A stretch of 32,000 bases of DNA from Vibrio cholerae ATCC 14035 (GTDB lineage Bacteria; Pseudomonadota; Gammaproteobacteria; Enterobacterales; Vibrionaceae): positions 64,459-96,458 of the forward strand of contig NZ_JHXR01000017.1 in NCBI RefSeq assembly GCF_000621645.1, written 5' to 3'. The position numbers were made by a program, and so were the translations under genes. This document shows positions 9,715 through 19,149 of the stretch, piece after piece. The notes below the pieces were generated by a model. That model saw only the letters and a program-made list of their open reading frames with translations. It did no database searches and was not told the DNA's origin. How positions within the stretch are numbered: the stretch's first letter is position 1; the number at the start of each line of letters is the position of its first letter.

Positions 9715-9751
9715 ACAATTTTTATTGTGTCTATGGCACAACTTTTAATAG

Positions 9752-9827
9752 TGGTGCCTCGAGGCGGAATCGAACCACCGACACGAGGATTTTCAATCCT
9801 CTGCTCTACCGACTGAGCTATCGAGGC
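9752..9827 (-). tRNA. tRNA-Phe (GAA), isodecoder with a GCCUCGA/UCGAGGC acceptor stem
   Basis: Identical to the other Phe genes except for two adjacent acceptor base pairs, which changed in a compensated way (GCCCGGA to GCCTCGA and TCCGGGC to TCGAGGC). Confidence 0.9.
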
Positions 9828-9837
9828 AAATTTTAAG

Positions 9838-9913
<76 letters not shown>

Positions 9914-9961
9914 ACACGTAACCTTTGCTGTTTGTGTCTTACACCAACAATCTAAAATTCG

Positions 9962-10037
9962 TGGTGCCCGGAGGCGGAATCGAACCACCGACACGAGGAT
10001 TTTCAATCCTCTGCTCTACCGACTGAGCTATCCGGGC
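9962..10037 (-). tRNA. tRNA-Phe (GAA)
   Basis: 76/76 identical to 7266..7341. Confidence 0.95.
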
Positions 10038-10048
10038 AACGGAGCGCT

Positions 10049-10077
10049 ATTAAACGGATTTTCCCTTTCCCCGTCAA
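10049..10077 (-). promoter_or_regulatory. Candidate sigma-70 promoter of tRNA operon 2 (TTGACG, 17-nt spacer, TTTAAT)
   Basis: The minus strand reads TTGACGgggaaagggaaaatccgTTTAATagcgctccgtt, and tRNA-Phe begins directly after it. An A/T-rich tract lies upstream. Confidence 0.55.
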
Positions 10078-10146
10078 CCTGTTTTTTGAAATATTTCGAA
10101 AAATCAGTTTGATTGCCGTTATTTTCAGCAAACGGCGGGCTTTTTG

Positions 10147-11274
10147 TTATCCCGCGTTAAATTCCTTCTTAAATTTGGTCACTTTTTCCAGATAACGACG
10201 CGCTTCCGCATTCGGATGTTTTTTGGTTAACGCCCAATACACTTGGTTAGGTTGCAGGGCATTAAGGTCACGCATGGCGCGTTGACGATCACTGCTAAAG
10301 GTACTCAACACTCCGCCAGTGCCGCCGTTATAGGCAGAAATCATGCTGTATTCGAGAGATGTGGGGTGGCGAACCTCTTTCAAATAGCGATTTTTCAGGA
10401 TGTAAAAATAGGCCGTACCCGTATCAATGTTGTTTTCTGGGTTAAACAGATACTCGGGGCTGGGTTCGCCAGAGCGGTTTTTGACTAGCTTGAACACATC
10501 CCGTCCTGCGGTTTTAGGCACCACTTGCATTAAGCCATAAGCGTTGGCCCAACTCACCGCATAGGGGTTGAAACTGCTTTCGGTTTTGATGATCGCGTAG
10601 ATCAGATCTTCCGGGATATCGTATTTGAGAGAGGCCTTACGCACGATATTGGCGTATTTGTAGCCACGGATGTCGATTTGATCTTTGACCATGGGGATTT
10701 CGACGTAATAGGCTTTTTTGAAATCGACTTGCTTCACTTTCAAATGGTTAGCGATGAGGTAATCGGCGTAACGGTTAGCGCGCCATGACCACTGGATCGG
10801 CTGACCATCTTGATCGAGTACCTGCTGATACAAAAAGGGTTGGCCTTTGAGTTCAATGTCTTTTGAGGAGAAAAGATCGACGTGCGCGGGATCATCGGGA
10901 GTCAGTAAGGTCGTGATGATCGCATTGCGTAAATGGGCTTTAGGATCGATAGGTGAAACGGTTTCTACTATGATTCGACCTTCGGTGAAGTTGACTTCAG
11001 AGCGGCTAAGGTAGTTGTCTATGTATTTGACATAGTTATTTTTTCCAGCGATTTTTAGCTCGCGGCGTCCCCAGCGTTTTTCGATATTGCCGGAAAAGCT
11101 GTTGATCAATGCATCCAGTGCGGCGGTGTCTTTCTGAAACTGTCCGGGTAATTCGGCTAAGTTCTTGGCGAAACGGTTAGTGGGTTCGTAATCAACATCG
11201 TAAATTTTCTCGATAAATTCACGACTACAGCCACTCAATAATAGAGCGGTGATACATAACACTAACTTTCTCAT
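10147..11274 (-). CDS. mltC: Membrane-bound lytic murein transglycosylase C (lipoprotein)
   Basis: The ORF extends to 11337. I chose the ATG at 11274 because it is preceded by AGGAGG and yields a lipoprotein signal MRKLVLCITALLLSG/C. The C-terminal SLT domain is present (IIKTESSFNPYAVSWANAYGLMQV). Confidence 0.9.
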   Translation of the reverse strand: MRKLVLCITALLLSGCSREFIEKIYDVDYEPTNRFAKNLAELPGQFQKDTAALDALINSFSGNIEKRWGRRELKIAGKNNYVKYIDNYLSRSEVNFTEGRIIVETVSPIDPKAHLRNAIITTLLTPDDPAHVDLFSSKDIELKGQPFLYQQVLDQDGQPIQWSWRANRYADYLIANHLKVKQVDFKKAYYVEIPMVKDQIDIRGYKYANIVRKASLKYDIPEDLIYAIIKTESSFNPYAVSWANAYGLMQVVPKTAGRDVFKLVKNRSGEPSPEYLFNPENNIDTGTAYFYILKNRYLKEVRHPTSLEYSMISAYNGGTGGVLSTFSSDRQRAMRDLNALQPNQVYWALTKKHPNAEARRYLEKVTKFKKEFNAG

Positions 11275-11375
11275 GCGCCTCCTAAAGCGAGCTTTCGCTA
11301 CTCCTGATACGAAAATGACATCATAACCCAGCGGCATGATGTCATTTTTTGCAAGCAGATGAAATCCGAAATTTC

Positions 11376-11648
11376 CTACTTTGCAGGCGGTGTATAACCT
11401 TCGATATGGACTTCTTTACCTTCAAACAGGAAGTTCACCATCTCTTGCTCCAGCAACTTGCGGTGTTCAGGATCCATCATGTTGAGCTTTTTCTCATTGA
11501 TCAGCATGGTCTGTTTGGTCTGCCATTGTGCCCAAGCTTCTTTGCAGATGTTGTCGAAAATGCGTTTGCCCAGTTCGCCGGGATAGAGTTGGAAATCCAA
11601 GCCATCGGCTTCTTTCTGCAATCGGGTACAAAATACGGTGCGAGCCAT
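11376..11648 (-). CDS. yggX: Fe(2+)-trafficking / oxidative-damage protection protein YggX
   Basis: 90 aa ([31 protein letters not shown]...). It is full-length YggX-like and lies between mutY and mltC, as in E. coli. Confidence 0.92.
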   Translation of the reverse strand: MARTVFCTRLQKEADGLDFQLYPGELGKRIFDNICKEAWAQWQTKQTMLINEKKLNMMDPEHRKLLEQEMVNFLFEGKEVHIEGYTPPAK

Positions 11649-11661
11649 TCACTCTTCCTCT

Positions 11662-12723
11662 TTAAATGTGGCTATCAATGTCGAAAGGTAAGCTGTGCAA
11701 CAGTTGTTTCACTGGTGCCGCGAGACCAATCTCATCGGGTTGACTTAAGTTATACCAAAGACCTTTGCTCCCTTCCATGACGATGTCCGGTTTGCGGCTT
11801 AATTGCAGCAAAATCGGCGTAATATCGAGATGGTAGTGGCTAAAGGTGTGGCGAAATGCGATCAGGGTTTTCTGCGATGTTATTGTGCTATCGCCGATGG
11901 CGCGCTGATCTATGGTGGTTTGAATATTGGCGATCTCTGATTGCGGGAAGCAGTACAAACCGCCCCAAATTCCGCTTTGCGGGCGCTGCTCAAGCCAGAC
12001 GGCATTGTCGTGATAGAGCATGACAAACCAAGTGGCTTTGACGGGTTTATCTGTTTTCGGTTTCTTGCCCGGATACTCTTGGGGATTGCCTTGCTGCTTG
12101 GCAAGGCAAAACGATTCTACTGGGCACAGGCTGCATTTGGGCTTACTGCGAATGCAGATCATTGCGCCCATATCCATCATGGCTTGGTTGTATTTATCAA
12201 CATCCACTTTGGGCGTGTGCATTTCTGCATAATGCCAAAGCTGGTTTTCGACACTTTTTTGCCCCGGCCAACCTTCAACGGCAAAGCAGCGCGCTAACGT
12301 GCGTTTCACGTTGCCATCCAAAATGGCGTGTGGTTTTTTATACACAGAAGAGAGCACGGCTGCCGCGGTGGAACGGCCAACACCGGGTAGCGCATTCATC
12401 TGCTCTAAATCGGTGGGAAATTCGCCGCTATATTCACTCACAACCATTTTCGCTGCTTTATGCAGATTGCGCGCTCTGGCGTAGTAGCCAAGCCCCGTCC
12501 AGAAATGCAGCACTTCATCTTGCGGCGCTGCCGCGAGGGCGTGTACGGTCGGGAAGCGCTCTAAAAAGCGTTCAAAGTAGGGGATCACGGTCGCGACTTG
12601 AGTCTGCTGTAACATGATTTCCGATAACCAAACGCGATACGCATTTTTATTTTGTTGCCACGGCAGGTTTTTGCGGCCGTAGGCGTCATACCAAGTAAGG
12701 ATGGCCTGTGCAAAAGGAGTCAC
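11662..12723 (-). CDS. mutY: A/G-specific adenine DNA glycosylase MutY
   Basis: It has the HhH-GPD fold region ([12 protein letters not shown]), a 4Fe-4S loop ([17 protein letters not shown]) and a C-terminal NUDIX-like domain. The ORF-track start at 12798 is a TTG. I chose the GTG at 12723 because (M)[22 protein letters not shown] aligns with the E. coli MutY N-terminus. The start is uncertain within 12723..12798. Confidence 0.88.
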   Translation of the reverse strand: MTPFAQAILTWYDAYGRKNLPWQQNKNAYRVWLSEIMLQQTQVATVIPYFERFLERFPTVHALAAAPQDEVLHFWTGLGYYARARNLHKAAKMVVSEYSGEFPTDLEQMNALPGVGRSTAAAVLSSVYKKPHAILDGNVKRTLARCFAVEGWPGQKSVENQLWHYAEMHTPKVDVDKYNQAMMDMGAMICIRSKPKCSLCPVESFCLAKQQGNPQEYPGKKPKTDKPVKATWFVMLYHDNAVWLEQRPQSGIWGGLYCFPQSEIANIQTTIDQRAIGDSTITSQKTLIAFRHTFSHYHLDITPILLQLSRKPDIVMEGSKGLWYNLSQPDEIGLAAPVKQLLHSLPFDIDSHI

Positions 12724-12962
12724 GACTTGCTCATTATTATTGTCTAAACTAGTGGAGCAAAATTGCACCACAGATTGGTGGTGAAGTAAAACCGACAAAC
12801 ATTGGGGATATTCTCCTCATTCCTGTTCGAAGCTGTGGAGGTGTTGGCGGCAGCGGCAAAGAGTTTGAGGGCAGGATAGTGAACGGTCAGTAATAACACT
12901 TGCACCGTTGACGATTCTTTGGATAATTCCCGCTCTGATTTAGTAATGTGCAGGCAATAGAA

Positions 12963-13682
12963 ATGAGCGAAGTCATCACCCAGGAATATACCGAAGATGG
13001 CAAAGTGCTGCGTCGTATTCGTAGCTTTGTTCGTCGTGAAGGTCGTTTGACCAAAGGCCAGGAAGCCGCAATGAAAGAGTGCTGGCCAACCATGGGGATT
13101 GATTACCAGCCAGAGCTGTTGGATTGGCAACAGGTGTTTGGTAACGACAATCCGGTTGTGCTGGAGATTGGTTTTGGTATGGGCGCGTCCTTGGTCGAAA
13201 TGGCGAAAAACGCACCTGAGAAAAACTTCCTCGGCATTGAAGTACACAGCCCAGGTGTCGGTGCTTGTTTGGCTTCGGCGCGTGAAGCGGGTGTCACTAA
13301 CTTGCGTGTGATGTGCCATGACGCGGTGGAAGTGTTTGCACACATGATCCCAGATAACAGCCTGCACACTTTGCAATTGTTCTTCCCAGATCCTTGGCAC
13401 AAGAAGCGTCACCACAAGCGCCGTATCGTGCAGCTTGAATTTGCTGAAATGGTACGCCAAAAGCTCATCATCGGCAGCGGTGTATTCCATATGGCAACTG
13501 ACTGGGAAAACTACGCAGAACACATGGTTGAAGTGATGAATCAAGCACCCGGTTTTGCTAACTTGGCAACCGATGGCGATTACATCCCGCGCCCTGATGA
13601 GCGCCCGCTGACTAAGTTTGAGCAGCGTGGTCACCGTTTAGGTCACGGAGTGTGGGATATTAAGTACCAACGCACTGCTTAA
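12963..13682 (+). CDS. trmB: tRNA (guanine46-N7)-methyltransferase TrmB
   Basis: The ORF-track start at 12948 is a GTG. The ATG at 12963 gives a 239-aa protein collinear with E. coli TrmB ([40 protein letters not shown]). Confidence 0.92.
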   Translation: MSEVITQEYTEDGKVLRRIRSFVRREGRLTKGQEAAMKECWPTMGIDYQPELLDWQQVFGNDNPVVLEIGFGMGASLVEMAKNAPEKNFLGIEVHSPGVGACLASAREAGVTNLRVMCHDAVEVFAHMIPDNSLHTLQLFFPDPWHKKRHHKRRIVQLEFAEMVRQKLIIGSGVFHMATDWENYAEHMVEVMNQAPGFANLATDGDYIPRPDERPLTKFEQRGHRLGHGVWDIKYQRTA

Positions 13683-13684
13683 AT

Positions 13685-13810
13685 ATCCCCTTCCTATTTG
13701 AAGCTGCAGCGGTGTTGGCTATGTTCATTCACCCCAATCACATAGTCTGTCTATGCTCATGGGGATGAACTCACTTGCCGCCTAGCTGCAACTCCAAGTA
13801 GTTTGGGTAT
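13685..13810. repeat. ERIC-type intergenic repeat, copy B, about 126 bp, starting 1-3 nt after the trmB stop
   Basis: The sequence reads ATCCCCTTCCTATTTGAAGCTGCAGCGGTGTTGGC...TTCACCCCAATCACATAG...ATGCTCATGGGGATGAA...TTGCCGCCTAGCTGCAACTCCAAGTAGTTTGGGTAT. It matches the ERIC core (reverse complement of primer ERIC2, CGCTCACCCCAGTCAC, and ERIC1R, GCTCCTGGGGATT) and ERIC-like arms. Confidence 0.85.
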
Positions 13811-13824
13811 AGAGAATTTTGCTT

Positions 13825-13851
13825 AAGCCAACATTTGATGTTGGCTTTTTT
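13825..13851 (+). terminator. Rho-independent terminator of trmB, located after ERIC copy B
   Basis: AAGCCAACA-TTTGA-TGTTGGCTT followed by TTTTTG (9-bp stem plus a T-run). Confidence 0.8.
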
Positions 13852-13918
13852 GACCCTAATCCTCGAGCTATTGAACAGCTGAAGTAGCTTGAGACAAACT
13901 AATAATAAAGAGTCAACC

Positions 13919-14839
13919 ATGAAGCCAACAGCAGAGATTTTAGCCAGCATTATTGAAGAAGTTCGCCCGCTCACTGGGCAGGGTAAAGTCGCCGATTACA
14001 TTCCCGCACTCGCCAAAGTACCAAGTGAAAAGTTGGGCATCGCCGTATTCACCAACCAAGGGGAAGTGATCTCGGCCGGTGATGCGCAGGAAGGGTTTTC
14101 GATTCAGTCGATCTCCAAAGTGCTGAGCTTGACGCTCGCGATGGGCTTATATCAGCCAAATGAACTGTGGAGCCGCGTGGGTAAAGAGCCTTCGGGGCAA
14201 GCATTTAACTCATTGATTCAGCTTGAGATGGAGCATGGAATTCCGCGTAATCCATTTATCAATGCCGGCGCGATTGTGGTGTGCGACATGCTGCAAAGTC
14301 GCCTCTCTGCACCTCGTCAGCGTCTGTTGGAGTTTGTACGCCAACTCAGCGGTGAGCCGCTCATTGCTTATGACAAAGTCGTGGCAGCATCGGAGATGAT
14401 GCACAGTGATCGCAACGCGGCGATTGCCTATTTGATGCGTTCTTTTGGCAATTTCCACAATGAGGTTATTCCGGTACTGCACAACTATTTTCACGCCTGC
14501 GCATTGAAAATGAGCTGTGTTGAGCTGGCGAAAACCTTCAGCTATCTTGCCAACAAAGGTGTTTCTGTGGTGACGGGGGAAACGGTGATCACCCCAACCC
14601 AAAGCAAACAAACCAATGCCTTACTCGCCACGTGCGGCTTGTATGATGGGGCAGGAGAATTTGCCTATCGAGTTGGTATGCCCGGAAAATCAGGTGTTGG
14701 CGGTGGGATTATTGCTGTGGTGCCGGGAGAAATGACGATTGCAGTGTGGTCCCCCGCGCTGGATCAATCGGGTAACTCGCTCGCGGGGACTCGCGCGTTA
14801 GAGTTACTCGCGCAGCGGATTGGTCGCTCAATTTTCTAA
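13919..14839 (+). CDS. glsA: Glutaminase A
   Basis: The ORF-track start at 13889 is a TTG. The ATG at 13919 is preceded by AAAGAG and gives 306 aa. It has full-length glutaminase similarity ([38 protein letters not shown]). Confidence 0.92.
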   Translation: MKPTAEILASIIEEVRPLTGQGKVADYIPALAKVPSEKLGIAVFTNQGEVISAGDAQEGFSIQSISKVLSLTLAMGLYQPNELWSRVGKEPSGQAFNSLIQLEMEHGIPRNPFINAGAIVVCDMLQSRLSAPRQRLLEFVRQLSGEPLIAYDKVVAASEMMHSDRNAAIAYLMRSFGNFHNEVIPVLHNYFHACALKMSCVELAKTFSYLANKGVSVVTGETVITPTQSKQTNALLATCGLYDGAGEFAYRVGMPGKSGVGGGIIAVVPGEMTIAVWSPALDQSGNSLAGTRALELLAQRIGRSIF

Positions 14840-14841
14840 GC

Positions 14842-15023
14842 TATCCCCTTTCTACTTGAAGCTGCAGCGGTGTTGGCAGCATTCGCTCACCCCAATCACA
14901 TAGTGGATCTATGCTCATGGGGATTATGAGAGCCATCCTTAGCTCTCACCAAAGGCAAGCCGATGGCTGTGCAAATTTGTCACTCGTTTGCCGCCTGCCT
15001 GCAACTGCAAGTCGTTTGGGTAT
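14842..15023. repeat. ERIC-type intergenic repeat, copy C, long form (about 182 bp) with an internal insertion of about 55 bp, starting 2 nt after the glsA stop
   Basis: The arms and core match copy B. Extra sequence at about 14925..14980 (TATGAGAGCCATCCTTAGCTCTCACCAAAGGCAAGCCGATGGCTGTGCAAATTTGT) lies between the GGGGAT core and the CACTCGTTTGCCGCC arm. Confidence 0.85.
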
Positions 15024-15025
15024 AA

Positions 15026-15057
15026 AAGATAAAAATAAAGAGGCGCACGCGCCTCTT
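15026..15057. terminator. Probable bidirectional terminator shared by the convergent genes glsA (+) and hemW (-)
   Basis: The GC-rich palindrome AAGAGGCGCACGCGCCTCTT is flanked by AAAAATAA on the left (a T-run on the minus strand) and GGTTATTCTTCTT on the right. Confidence 0.6.
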
Positions 15058-15059
15058 GG

Positions 15060-16235
15060 TTATTCTTCTTCATCAGCCATAAAGGCTTCGAGCAGATCAT
15101 TGAGGAACAGTTTGCCCTTTTCTGTGATTTGCCAGTGCAGATCATCTTCACTGAGATAGCCTTCATTGAGCGCCCAATCTAAGGTTGGGCGGATCACGTC
15201 AATCGTAAGTCCCGTGGTGGCGGTAAAATCGGCTTTCGGGCAGGGCTCAATCAAGCGAAAGCGGTTCATAAAAAACTCAAACGGCTTGTCTTGATCGGCA
15301 ACCAACTGCTCGCTATCCAAATAAGCTTTGGCCAGATTGTTCAACGCTGCCAAGTAGCCGCGCGGGTGCTTGGTTTTGGTGGTGCGGACAATGCGCCCAT
15401 CAGCAAAACTCAGTTTGCCGTGCGCGCCACAGCCAATCCCGAGGTAGTCACCAAAGCGCCAATAGTTGAGGTTGTGCTGGCACTGATAGCCCGGCTTGCT
15501 GTAGCCAGAAATCTCATACTGCACATACCCTGCATCACTGAGCTTTTGATGTCCTAACTCGAAAATATCCCATAGCGCATCTTCATCCGGTAGCTTAGGC
15601 GGTTTCGAGTAAAACAGCGTGTTGGGTTCAATCGTCAGTTGATACCAAGAGAGATGCGGCGGATTGAGCGCGATCGCCTGATCCAAATCGGCCAGTGCTT
15701 GCTCGGGCGTTTGATCCGGTAAGCCGTGCATCAAATCCAAATTAAAGCTGTTGAGGCCAATTTGGTGGGCGAGCTGAGCGGCGCGAACCGCTTCTTGTTG
15801 GCCGTGAATGCGCCCTAAACGCGCTAATTTTTCTGGCTCAAAACTCTGCACACCAATCGAAATACGTGTAACCCCAGCGGTGCGATAGCCAGCAAAACGC
15901 TGCGCTTCAATCGTGCCGGGGTTGGCTTCCATGGTGATTTCAATCTCTGGCTTAAACGCAATACGCTCGGCAACGCCTTGCAGCAAACGCGCGATCCCTT
16001 CCGCAGAGATAAGGCTCGGTGTACCACCGCCAATAAAGATCGAGTGCAGCAGGCGCGGATCTCCCTTGAGCTGGTAACGTTCGATGTCGCGATCCAGATC
16101 TTCCAGCAGCGCATCCAAATACTCTTGCTCAGGAATATCGCCTTTCTGCGCGTGCGAGTTGAAATCGCAATACGGGCATTTCTGCACGCACCACGGAATA
16201 TGAATGTATAGGCTAAGCGGTGGAGGCGTTAGCAT
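15060..16235 (-). CDS. hemW: Radical-SAM heme chaperone HemW (HemN-like, YggW)
   Basis: 391 aa. The radical-SAM motif [10 protein letters not shown] is near the N-terminus. It has HemN-like C-terminal similarity. The start overlaps the rdgB stop by 7 nt. Confidence 0.9.
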   Translation of the reverse strand: MLTPPPLSLYIHIPWCVQKCPYCDFNSHAQKGDIPEQEYLDALLEDLDRDIERYQLKGDPRLLHSIFIGGGTPSLISAEGIARLLQGVAERIAFKPEIEITMEANPGTIEAQRFAGYRTAGVTRISIGVQSFEPEKLARLGRIHGQQEAVRAAQLAHQIGLNSFNLDLMHGLPDQTPEQALADLDQAIALNPPHLSWYQLTIEPNTLFYSKPPKLPDEDALWDIFELGHQKLSDAGYVQYEISGYSKPGYQCQHNLNYWRFGDYLGIGCGAHGKLSFADGRIVRTTKTKHPRGYLAALNNLAKAYLDSEQLVADQDKPFEFFMNRFRLIEPCPKADFTATTGLTIDVIRPTLDWALNEGYLSEDDLHWQITEKGKLFLNDLLEAFMADEEE

Positions 16236-16831
16236 GTACGCTGCTCTTCGATCGCTTTGAACAGTTTTTGCAGGGCTTTGCCGCGATGGGATAGCTGCTT
16301 TTTGCGCACCGGTTCTAGCTCAGCAGAAGCGCAGTTTTCTTCCGGAACCCAGAAAATCGGATCGTAACCAAAGCCATTGCTGCCGTGTGGTGCGGTGAGG
16401 ATTTTGCCTTCCCACTTGCCGTGGCAAACGATAGGCGTTGGATCATCGGAGTGGCGCATCAACACCAGCACACAATGAAAACGCGCGCTGCGCTGGTTGT
16501 CTGGCACATCTTGCATCGCCGCTAGCAGCTTATTGAGATTGTCGCCGTCGCTGGCATGCTCGCCCGCGTAGCGCGCAGAATAGATGCCCGGCGCGCCGTT
16601 TAGGTAATCCACTTCCAAACCGGAATCATCGGCAATCGCCGGTAAGCCGGTAATTTGCGCGGCATGACGTGCTTTGATGATCGCATTTTCAATAAAAGTG
16701 GTGCCTGTTTCTGCCGCTTCAGGGACGTTGAATTCGCTTTGCGCGACGACATCAAACCCAAAATCGGACAATAGGTCAGCCATTTCACGCACTTTGCCTT
16801 GATTGCCCGTGGCTAAAACGATCTTTTTCAT
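16229..16831 (-). CDS. rdgB: dITP/XTP pyrophosphatase RdgB (non-canonical purine NTP pyrophosphatase)
   Basis: 200 aa with Ham1-family motifs ([34 protein letters not shown]). Confidence 0.93.
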   Translation of the reverse strand: MKKIVLATGNQGKVREMADLLSDFGFDVVAQSEFNVPEAAETGTTFIENAIIKARHAAQITGLPAIADDSGLEVDYLNGAPGIYSARYAGEHASDGDNLNKLLAAMQDVPDNQRSARFHCVLVLMRHSDDPTPIVCHGKWEGKILTAPHGSNGFGYDPIFWVPEENCASAELEPVRKKQLSHRGKALQKLFKAIEEQRTC

Positions 16832-16900
16832 GCTGTTCTCTGTGGTTTATATGGGGAAACCCGACGGCTGCGTCGTAGATTCCCCTGATCTTGTATAAAA

Positions 16901-17332
16901 TTACTGTTCGGTATAGAACTTCTGGCTGAAGGTCAGTTTTCCCGCCCCTTTCAGACCAGCATCGACATCAATATCAAAGGTCAGCATCTCTTCATTGCTG
17001 ATCGGCACTTCCGCCAAGTAGTAAATCGCGTTGCCTTCTTTGACTTGCTTAAAGCTCAGTTCACGCAAGTTACCAATCAGGTTTTTGGCATGGCCGGTCA
17101 GCTTGGCTTCGGTCGCCGGTTTGCCGAGTGACGCGCGATCTAACACGCTGATATTGAGAATTGCGGTATAGCCGTTGCGCGTCAGCTGATAACTGCTCGC
17201 CACCTTCGGGGTTAAAAAGGTTGAGTTGAACGCCGAATAGTGAACTTCAATATCTTTAATGGTTTTTTGCTGCTCAGCGCTCGCTGGCAAAGCCAATAGG
17301 GTGAGCAGTAGTGACATCATCCATTTACGCAT
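16901..17332 (-). CDS. Exported protein of unknown function, DUF4426-like
   Basis: 143 aa. Signal peptide is MRKWMMSLLLTLLALPASA/EQ. It has no catalytic motifs I recognise. The DUF4426 assignment comes from recalled similarity and recalled synteny with rdgB/hemW in Pseudomonas and Vibrio. It was not verified here. Confidence 0.6.
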   Translation of the reverse strand: MRKWMMSLLLTLLALPASAEQQKTIKDIEVHYSAFNSTFLTPKVASSYQLTRNGYTAILNISVLDRASLGKPATEAKLTGHAKNLIGNLRELSFKQVKEGNAIYYLAEVPISNEEMLTFDIDVDAGLKGAGKLTFSQKFYTEQ

Positions 17333-17349
17333 AATCGATTCTCCTTGTG

Positions 17350-17373
17350 AAAAAACTCCCTCAAAGAGGGAGT
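17350..17373 (-). terminator. Rho-independent terminator after yggU
   Basis: The minus strand reads ACTCCCTC-TTT-GAGGGAGT followed by TTTTTT. The RBS (AGGAG) and ATG of the next gene follow directly. Confidence 0.6.
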
Positions 17374-17377
17374 GTGA

Positions 17378-17668
17378 TTATTCAATCAGTGCTGTAATCT
17401 CAGCTGGGATCTGGCTTGGCTGTAGGATACGCACTTGTTTGTGGCGTCCTAGCTCGCCTTTTTCGATCACCACCGAACCTTTCGCCACTTTGCACAGCTT
17501 GGCGAGATACTTGCTCAAGTGTGCGTTGGCTTTACCATCAATCGGCGGCGCGGTGATGGCGACTTTGAGTTCTTCACCATGTAGGCCAACAATGCTGTCG
17601 CGGCTCGCTTTCGGTTGAATATAGAGCCGCAGCAGTAAGTCATCTCCTTCGCGCCATACGGCAGCCAT
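17378..17668 (-). CDS. yggU: DUF167 family protein YggU
   Basis: 96 aa ([39 protein letters not shown]...). The start overlaps the yggT stop by 1 nt (TAATG). Confidence 0.88.
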   Translation of the reverse strand: MAAVWREGDDLLLRLYIQPKASRDSIVGLHGEELKVAITAPPIDGKANAHLSKYLAKLCKVAKGSVVIEKGELGRHKQVRILQPSQIPAEITALIE

Positions 17669-18225
17669 TACAACTGATACCAGATAGGACCAATCACATC
17701 GCCCATCAGGAAGTTGGCAAATTGCAGCACAATAAACAGCACCAGAATGCTGAGATCAAAGCCGCCCATCACCGGAATAATGCGACGGATCGGCGCGAGC
17801 ATAGGTTCAGTCAATTGATGGAACACGTATTCGATTGGGCTGCGGCCTTGGCTGACCCAGCTTAGGATAGCGCGGATCAACAATACCCAGAACAACAAGC
17901 CGCCTGCAGCTTTGATCAGAGAGAGCAAGCCGAGGAAGAGGAAATCTGCACTGAACGACACGGAGCCGCTGGAGGCAATCAAGACTAAGGCCATGAATTT
18001 CAGTACGCATAGGACGTACGCAAAAACGATGGTGGCTAAATCAATGCTGCCAATCGATGGGATCACACGGCGCAGCGGGCCGACCACGGGTTGGGTCGCT
18101 TTTACGATAAATTGAGAAAACGGATTGTAGAAATCAGCGCGCGCGGCTTGCAGCCAAATGCGCAAAATGACCACCATGATGTAGAGGTCAAATAGGGTGT
18201 TGATGAGAAAGCTCAGTGAATTCAT
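17668..18225 (-). CDS. yggT: YggT family integral membrane protein
   Basis: 185 aa with four or five hydrophobic helices and the duplicated YGGT repeat pattern. It sits in the conserved yggS-proC-yggT context. Confidence 0.88.
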   Translation of the reverse strand: MNSLSFLINTLFDLYIMVVILRIWLQAARADFYNPFSQFIVKATQPVVGPLRRVIPSIGSIDLATIVFAYVLCVLKFMALVLIASSGSVSFSADFLFLGLLSLIKAAGGLLFWVLLIRAILSWVSQGRSPIEYVFHQLTEPMLAPIRRIIPVMGGFDLSILVLFIVLQFANFLMGDVIGPIWYQL

Positions 18226-18278
18226 AAGTTGCCCTTATTGATTTGGCGACCGCTCAGTTTGAGTGGACGCCTTAAACA

Positions 18279-19097
18279 TTAAAACAGTTGTTCCATCTCT
18301 TGCGCGCGTGTTACCGCCGCTTGCATCGCTTTGGCAACGATGTCGCTGAGTTGGTGATCGTTAAACGTCTGGATCGCTTGCGCCGTGGTGCCGCCTTTTG
18401 ACGTCACTTGTTCACGCAAAGTGGTCAGTGAGAGTTCAGGGTTGGCTTTGACCATGGCGGCCGCACCGAGAGCCGATTGTTGTACTAATAAACGGGCGGT
18501 GGCTTCATCAAAGCCTTGCGCCATCGCCTCTTGCTGCATGGCTTGCATAAACAAGAAGAAATAAGCAGGAGCACTCCCTGCGGCGGCAATCACGCTGTTG
18601 ATGCCGGATTCGTTTTCTACCCAGCACACTTCGCCCACGCTTTGCATCAGTTGTGTGGTAAAGGCTTTATCCGCTTCGCTTACCGAATCAGGGGCGTACA
18701 AACCGCTCATGCCAAGGTTTACCAGTGATGGCGTATTGGGCATCACACGCACTAAATTGAGCTGGGTGGCCAGCATCTCATTGAGTCTTTTGACTGACAC
18801 ACCCGCCGCAATCGAGATAACTAACTTTCCAGAGAAATCGACCGCTTGCAGCGGTTTACACACCTCAGCCATCAGCTGCGGTTTGACCGCTAACACCACC
18901 ACATCCGCTTGTTGCGCCGCTTGCTGGTTATCGCTGGTGGTGCGAATACCGTATTGCGCTTCAAGAGGCTCGCGGCGCGTGAGTGAAGGGGCGGTTGCGA
19001 TGATCTTATCGGCGGCGTAACCACTGGCAATCAATCCCGCAATGATGGCGCGTGCCATGTTACCTGCGCCAATAAAGGCGATGCTTCTCTGTTCCAT
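18279..19097 (-). CDS. proC: Pyrroline-5-carboxylate reductase
   Basis: 272 aa with an N-terminal Rossmann motif (IAFIGAGNMA) and the ProC C-terminal dimerisation-domain signature (VTSKGGTT). Confidence 0.94.
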   Translation of the reverse strand: MEQRSIAFIGAGNMARAIIAGLIASGYAADKIIATAPSLTRREPLEAQYGIRTTSDNQQAAQQADVVVLAVKPQLMAEVCKPLQAVDFSGKLVISIAAGVSVKRLNEMLATQLNLVRVMPNTPSLVNLGMSGLYAPDSVSEADKAFTTQLMQSVGEVCWVENESGINSVIAAAGSAPAYFFLFMQAMQQEAMAQGFDEATARLLVQQSALGAAAMVKANPELSLTTLREQVTSKGGTTAQAIQTFNDHQLSDIVAKAMQAAVTRAQEMEQLF

Positions 19098-19149
19098 TCG
19101 ATACTCTCAAATTTAAAAGGGGCACTCGTTGCAATGAGCATCCCAAACG

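Noticed and set aside
9466-9741. 91-aa minus-strand ORF upstream of the MCP gene
   Set aside because: It runs straight through tRNA-Asn (9639..9714) and the operon terminator hairpin, so it is an artefact of ORF calling across RNA genes.
10078-10146. Hairpin GCCGTT-ATTTTCAGCA-AACGGC followed by GGGCTTTTT, considered as a terminator after mltC
   Set aside because: The T-run follows the stem only on the plus strand, where there is nothing upstream to terminate. On the mltC (minus) strand no T-tract follows. I could not support a terminator call.
12744-13634. 296-aa minus-strand ORF covering almost all of trmB
   Set aside because: It is exactly antisense to a strongly conserved TrmB coding frame. 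The translation is low-complexity and rich in Cys, His and Thr, with no recognisable motifs. Its 5' end would also overlap the upper part of the maximal mutY ORF (to 12798). It is most simply a stop-free antisense frame.
13685-15023. The 123-182-bp palindromic repeats as integron VCR/attC sites
   Set aside because: Their termini (ATCCCC/ATACCC...GGGTAT) and core (CGCTCACCCCAATCAC...GCTCATGGGGAT) match the ERIC consensus and the ERIC1R/ERIC2 primer sequences. They do not match the V. cholerae repeat of the superintegron as I recall it (TAACAAACGCCTCAAG...). No gene cassettes or intI are nearby.
14911-15166. 82-aa plus-strand and 75-aa minus-strand ORFs after glsA
   Set aside because: Both run through ERIC copy C and the GC-rich terminator palindrome. 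The minus-strand ORF also overlaps the hemW 3' end. They are repeat-derived open frames, not genes.
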